Source of the DNA: Octopus vulgaris
Taxonomy: Eukaryota
DNA: 64,000 nt
Assembly (NCBI GenBank): GCA_951406725.2
Contig: OX597819.1
Location: 15,190,001-15,254,000, forward strand
Direction of reading: 5' to 3'
Position numbers and translations under genes: made by a program. Shown piece by piece: positions 58,876 through 64,000 of the stretch (its first letter is position 1; every line of letters begins with the position of its first letter). Under the pieces are notes generated by a model, which worked only from the letters and a program-made list of their open reading frames with translations, made no database searches and had not been told where the DNA came from.

Positions 58876-60657
58876 TAGCATTTTTTGACTATAACAGCAA
58901 AGTAGATGGGAATGTGACTGGATGTAGAAGCAAGTATAAAGCCTAATGGGGATGGACTTAATGCAAATGATGAGGAGAGAAAAGGCAGAGACTGAATGGG
59001 AGTTAGTGAGTGGACCGGCTGGACACCAACCAGGTTGAAAGAGCAGAGGCCATTATAATAGCAAAGAGAGAAGACAATATATCTGTGAGTGAGAGTTTGA
59101 AGTGTCTGCAAGTAACAATTAGCTTAGTGGTATTTCTACTAACCAATCAGCTTAGTAGTATTTCTGTGGATATGGTCTAGGATGTCTGGATGTGCAGTTT
59201 CAGTATTATCTGAGATCTAGGAATGACACTCCATTACGGCCCTCACCTGAGGATTGCAAAGCATCTGCTTTCATATCTTGTTCTGAATTTGATCTAATAT
59301 TACAATTTTCTATGGTGTATACTAAGGTTAACCTAATGGCTTATTTTCCACCAGGTTTATACCAATCAATATTTAATTCACACAAATAAAATAATATCTT
59401 TCATATATTTGTAATATAGATCTCTAACCCCTGCCCTGATTATAATAATAAAGTAGAAAATTACTATTTTTAAATCTCACAATATGAGATATTCGGCAAC
59501 AGTACTTTGTAGTAAAGATTGTTTGCCAACATAACATGGCAGTCTTGGTTTAGGACGAATGTTGCTGTAATTTAGCATCATGAGACATCAACTCCAGCTG
59601 GCTATAAGACACGATCTGTGTCCTTATATTTTCGAACAAGGGAATCTAGCATCCCCACTCAGCTCAAAACAATATCTGTGTATCACGAAATAACCCAGAA
59701 ATCGGGATACACAGATATTGTTTTGAGCTGATTGGGGTGCTAGATTCCCTTGATTTTTATGACTATACCCACTAGAATTTCTGTCGACTCCCTCAGCCAT
59801 ACCCCTAACAAATTCGGCCTTAGATATACAAGGATTTGATAAAACTAGTCTATGAATTAAAACTGACCCCATAAAACAGTGACAAGCAAAATCTGTAACA
59901 AGTCTTTATTCCTGATACCTTAGTAGCTTCTAAGCTGAAGTGAAGGCAGCATGTTCTTTGTCTATCTCCTTAACTTCTTGGAGGTGTTAGGTAAAATTAT
60001 ACTAATGTGTCCATCTGTTTTAATTTAATTAAATTCTATGTCTTTGTGCAGCTGAGGATTGCTCTGCATTTAAATTGATGTAATGGTTGTATCGTTCAAT
60101 TAAATGGAGTTGTGTGAAACGATTGTACTTCATTACCTCTGGATATCTTTGTTGCTTATTTTGATTCTATATATATGTATGTATGTATGTACGTATAGGC
60201 GCAGGAGTGGCTGCATGGTAAGTAGCTTGCTTACCAACTACATGGTTCCAGGTTCAGTCCCACTGCATGGCAACTTGGGTAGGTGTCTTCTACTATAGCT
60301 TAAGACTCGCAAAAGCCTTGTAAGTGGATTTGGTAGACAGAAACTGAAAGAAGCCCATCGAATATTTAGATGTGTGTGTGTGTTTGTACCCCAAAACATC
60401 ACTTGACAACTGATACTGGTGTATTTACGTCCCCATAACTTAGCAGTTCGGCATAAGAGACCAATGAAATAAGTACTAAGCTTGCAAAGAATAAGTCCTA
60501 TGATTCATTTGCTCGACTAAAGGCATGGTAACAGTCAAGTGAAAGAATAAAAGAATATATATATATATATATATATAAGAATTTTTTGCATAATAAGATA
60601 AAAAACCAAGGCTATATAGATATTAGAGCTCTAGATACTAGAGATATTAGATAGAAG

Positions 60658-60709
60658 GTCTTACAGCTGTTTCTAGAATATTTATTAATAATATCCCTTC
60701 TTCGGAGAT
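60658..60709 (-). ncRNA. Minimal hammerhead-like motif (core CCGAAGA, palindromic stem III cagctg)
   Basis: Minus strand: tct CCGAAGA agggatatt..aatattcta GAAA cagctg TA aga. Confidence 0.55.
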
Positions 60710-61082
60710 GGTGTGAGAGGATAGTTAAGTCATAGTTAGTTTAGATGTGATACAAAATAGAGAGTGATGAGGAGGAAAGAAAATAGATGCAAGATATGTA
60801 TGGATATTGAAGTTGTAAATCCATTTTTTAGGCATAATGGTATATATGCAATATTCCAATATCCTATGAATAAAGTCCAACAGAGTTTAATATGAGTCCT
60901 TTCAAATATAGAGTTTATAAGCAATGTAAGATTCCCTTATTAGTGAGATCCAGCAGATTTTTAAACTTGGTCATTCCCAGTGGGGAATTTATATACAGTG
61001 TGGCCAAGTTATACTACCAGCAGTATATCAGATAGATATTATCCCTTAGTTGGTTGGATTCACAACCTCTAACTCTCTTGGG

Positions 61083-61121
<39 letters not shown>

Positions 61122-61144
61122 TATATATATATATATATATATAT

Positions 61145-61195
<51 letters not shown>

Positions 61196-61232
61196 TATAT
61201 ATAAATATATATATGATATATATTTATATATA

Positions 61233-62610
61233 TCATCATCGTTTAATGTCCACTTTCATTGCTAGCATGGGTTGGATGATTTGACTGAAGTCTGGTGAAC
61301 CAGATGGCTGTTTGACTGAGGTGTAGAGAGCCAGTGACTGCACCAAGCTCCAATCTGATCTGGCAGAGTTTCTACAGCTGGATGCTCTTCCAAACACCAA
61401 CCACTCCAAGATTGTAGTGGGTGCTTTTACGTGCCACCGGCACAAGGGCCGGTCAGACAGTACTGGTAACAGCCACGCTCAAATGGTGCTTTTTATGTTC
61501 CACCTGCACAGGAGCCAGTCCAGCAGCACTGATAATGACCTCACTTGAATGTGCCACCAGTACAAGTGCCAGTAAGGTGACGCAGGTAACGATTACGCTC
61601 GAATGGTGCTTTTTACATGCCATTGGCACAGAGGCCAGCTTGTTGCTCTGGCAACAATCATGCTCGTATGGTACTCTTAGCGCTCCACTAGAATGGATGC
61701 CAGTCATCAAATTTGATTTCAATTTCGATTTCACTTGACTCAACAGGTCTTCGCAAGCAAAGTTTAGTGTCCAATGAAGGAAAGGTACACATAAGTGGGC
61801 TGGTTACACCCCTGGCATAGGCCACGAGGTTATGGTCTCACTTAGGCTTGCCAAGTCTTCTCAAGCACAGCATATTTCTAAAGGTCTCGGTCACTAGTCA
61901 TTGCCTCAGTGAGGCTCAATGTTCAAAGATCGTGCTTCATCACTTCATCCCAGGACTTCCTGGGTCTACCTCTTCCACAGGTTCCCTCAACCGCTAGGGT
62001 GTGGCACTTTTTCACACAGCTATTCACATCCATTTTCACCACATGCCCATACCAGCACAGTCATCTCTCTTGCACACCACATCTGATGCCTCTTAGGTTC
62101 AACTTTTCTCTCAAGGTACTTACACTCTGTCAAGTATGCACACTGACATTACACATCCAGCGGAGCACACTGGCTTCATTACTTGCGAGCTTGCCCATGT
62201 CCTCAGCAGTCACGGCCCATGTTTCACTGCCATGTAGCATGGCTGTTCGTACACATGCGTCATACAGTCTACCTTTTACTCTGAGCAAGAGGCCCTTTGT
62301 CACTAGCAGGGGTAGGAGCTCTCTGAACTTTGTCCAGGCTGTTCTTATTCTAGCAGCTACACTTTCAGCGCATCCTTCCCCAGCTACTGTCTTTGTCAAC
62401 TAGGTAACGGAAGCTGTCAACTACTTCTAATTTTTCTCCCTGGAATGTGGTGGAAGTTGTTCTCTGCGCATTGTCAGTGTTTATTGCACCCAAGCACCTT
62501 CCACATACAAAAACTATCTTCCCAGTTAGCCTTCCTTTGATATTGCTGCACCTCTTATGTGTCCATAGCTTACACTGGGTACATCTTATAGAGTTTCTAC
62601 CTACACCTTT
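61233..62610 (-). mobile_element. RTE-clade LINE 3' fragment (RT C-terminus with Cys-rich insert) plus 3' UTR
   Basis: KGVGRNSIRCTQCKLWTHKRCS...SVAARIRTAWTKFRELLP...LHGSETWA...RGRPRK, followed by the abundant tail family ending (gat)n. Confidence 0.85.
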
Positions 62611-63140
62611 ACGGAGAGGCCTTTCACATAGGGTAGACAGACTGTGGACAGTTTATTGGTTTCATCCTCTCTTTCCTTCCTAATTGGAGTGGAGAGTATC
62701 CTTTTGCGGGGTAGATGTTGCTTAATAGATTGTTACTTAGCTTGACCGTTTCTTCGTGGTGTGAATCAGGATCACTACTTGTTTTCTTTGCTCAATTCCA
62801 AGTTCAATCCCAGGCATCGCTATCAAAACACTACAGAATGACAATTCCATCATAATACTTCCAGTGGACAACGGCAATGCTACCGTGACGATGAACAAGT
62901 CTGGCTACTCTGAAAAATTGGCAAGTCTCACAAGTGATGGTAGCTACAGCAAAGTAAAGACAGACCCAACTCTGAAAACAGAGAAGAAGTTGTCACAGAT
63001 CTTCATCAACAAGGATCACTTTATACCAATGAAGTACAGACAACTGACCCAACACTACAGTAAACTACCACACATGTACCATCTCCCTAAGATTCACAAG
63101 GATGTTATTCTATTAAGACCCATAGTGAGCAGTAGTGTTT
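62610..63140. mobile_element. Penelope-like element fragments in opposite orientation
   Basis: Plus 62818-63140: IIILPVDNGNATV...MYHLPKIHK..LRPIVSS (RT N-terminal, ADKG/YGLPK-like). Minus 62610-62770: LLSNIYP...VCLPYVKGLS (thumb-linker). Confidence 0.75.
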
Positions 63141-64000
63141 TGGCATAATGGAACAGAATCGACATAAGAAATAATCAGTCTACATATGTTTCAGTCTGGC
63201 CAGTTGGTGCACCTTGCTTCGGATCATCATGATTCGAACTACGTTGGATGTAAAAGAACCTCACAGTAAGACTGGAATTCATCAGGACAATATTTCTTAC
63301 ATATTGGTGATAGATAAGATGGGTGGAGGCGTAATGGCCCAGTGGTTAGGACAGCAGACTCGCGGTCATAGGATCGCGGTTTCGATTCCCAGACCGGGCG
63401 TTGTGAGTGTTTATTGATCGAAAACACCTAAAGCTCCACGAGGCTCCAGCAGGGGGTGGTGGTGATCCCTGCTGTACTCTTTCAACACAACTTTCTCTCA
63501 CTCTTACTTCCTGTTTCTGTTGTGCCTGTATTTCAAAGGGCCGGCCTTGTCACTCTCTGTGTCACGCTGAATATCCCCGAGAACTACGTTAAGGGTACAC
63601 GTGTCTGTGGAGTGCTCAGCCACTTACATGTTAATTTCACGAGCAGGCTGTTCCGTTGATTCGGATCAACCTCATCGTCGTAACCGACAGAGTGCTTCCA
63701 GATAAGATGGATGAGGACCGTCATCATCATCATCATCATCATCATCATTTAACGTCTGCTTTCCATGCTGGCATGGGTTGGACGGTTTGACTGAGGACTG
63801 GTGAACCAGAGGCTACACCAGGTTCAATATGACCTGGCGAAGTTTCTACAGTTGGATGCCTTTCCTAATGCCAACCACTCTGAGTGTGTAGTGGGTGCTT
63901 TTATGTGCCACCAGCATGAGGGCCAGTCATGCAGTTCTGGCAACAACCACACTTAAAGGTGTTTTTATGTGCTACCTGCACGGGAGCCAGTCTGGCAGCA

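Overview
AT-rich, microsatellite-laden animal genomic DNA. The repeat landscape (tRNA-derived SINEs, RTE LINE tails, (TA)n/(CA)n/(AAT)n/(GAT)n tracts) most resembles a coleoid cephalopod such as Octopus; this is an inference. One host gene spans most of the window: a minus-strand ABCB-subfamily half-transporter with 16 coding exons (ATG 39189 to stop 7591, 2604 nt, 867 aa, all GT-AG introns in consistent phase) and a probable non-coding first exon near 54.4 kb. The rest is mobile DNA: a 5'-truncated Penelope-like element (RT remnant plus GIY-YIG, inverted pLTR), other PLE, RTE, L1/Tx1, mariner and Helitron-helicase remnants, four non-autonomous Helitrons, TTAA MITEs, a foldback element, many SINEs and two tandem arrays. 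The most notable signal is a set of at least five sequence-distinct families carrying minimal type I hammerhead ribozyme folds, read by eye. They include a small non-coding retrozyme-like unit (16961-17612) and a tRNA-headed SINE with a hammerhead in its 3' half (35317-35734). Several copies show PLE-style inversions that break inside the ribozyme. Most ORFs in the supplied track are microsatellite or SINE artefacts.
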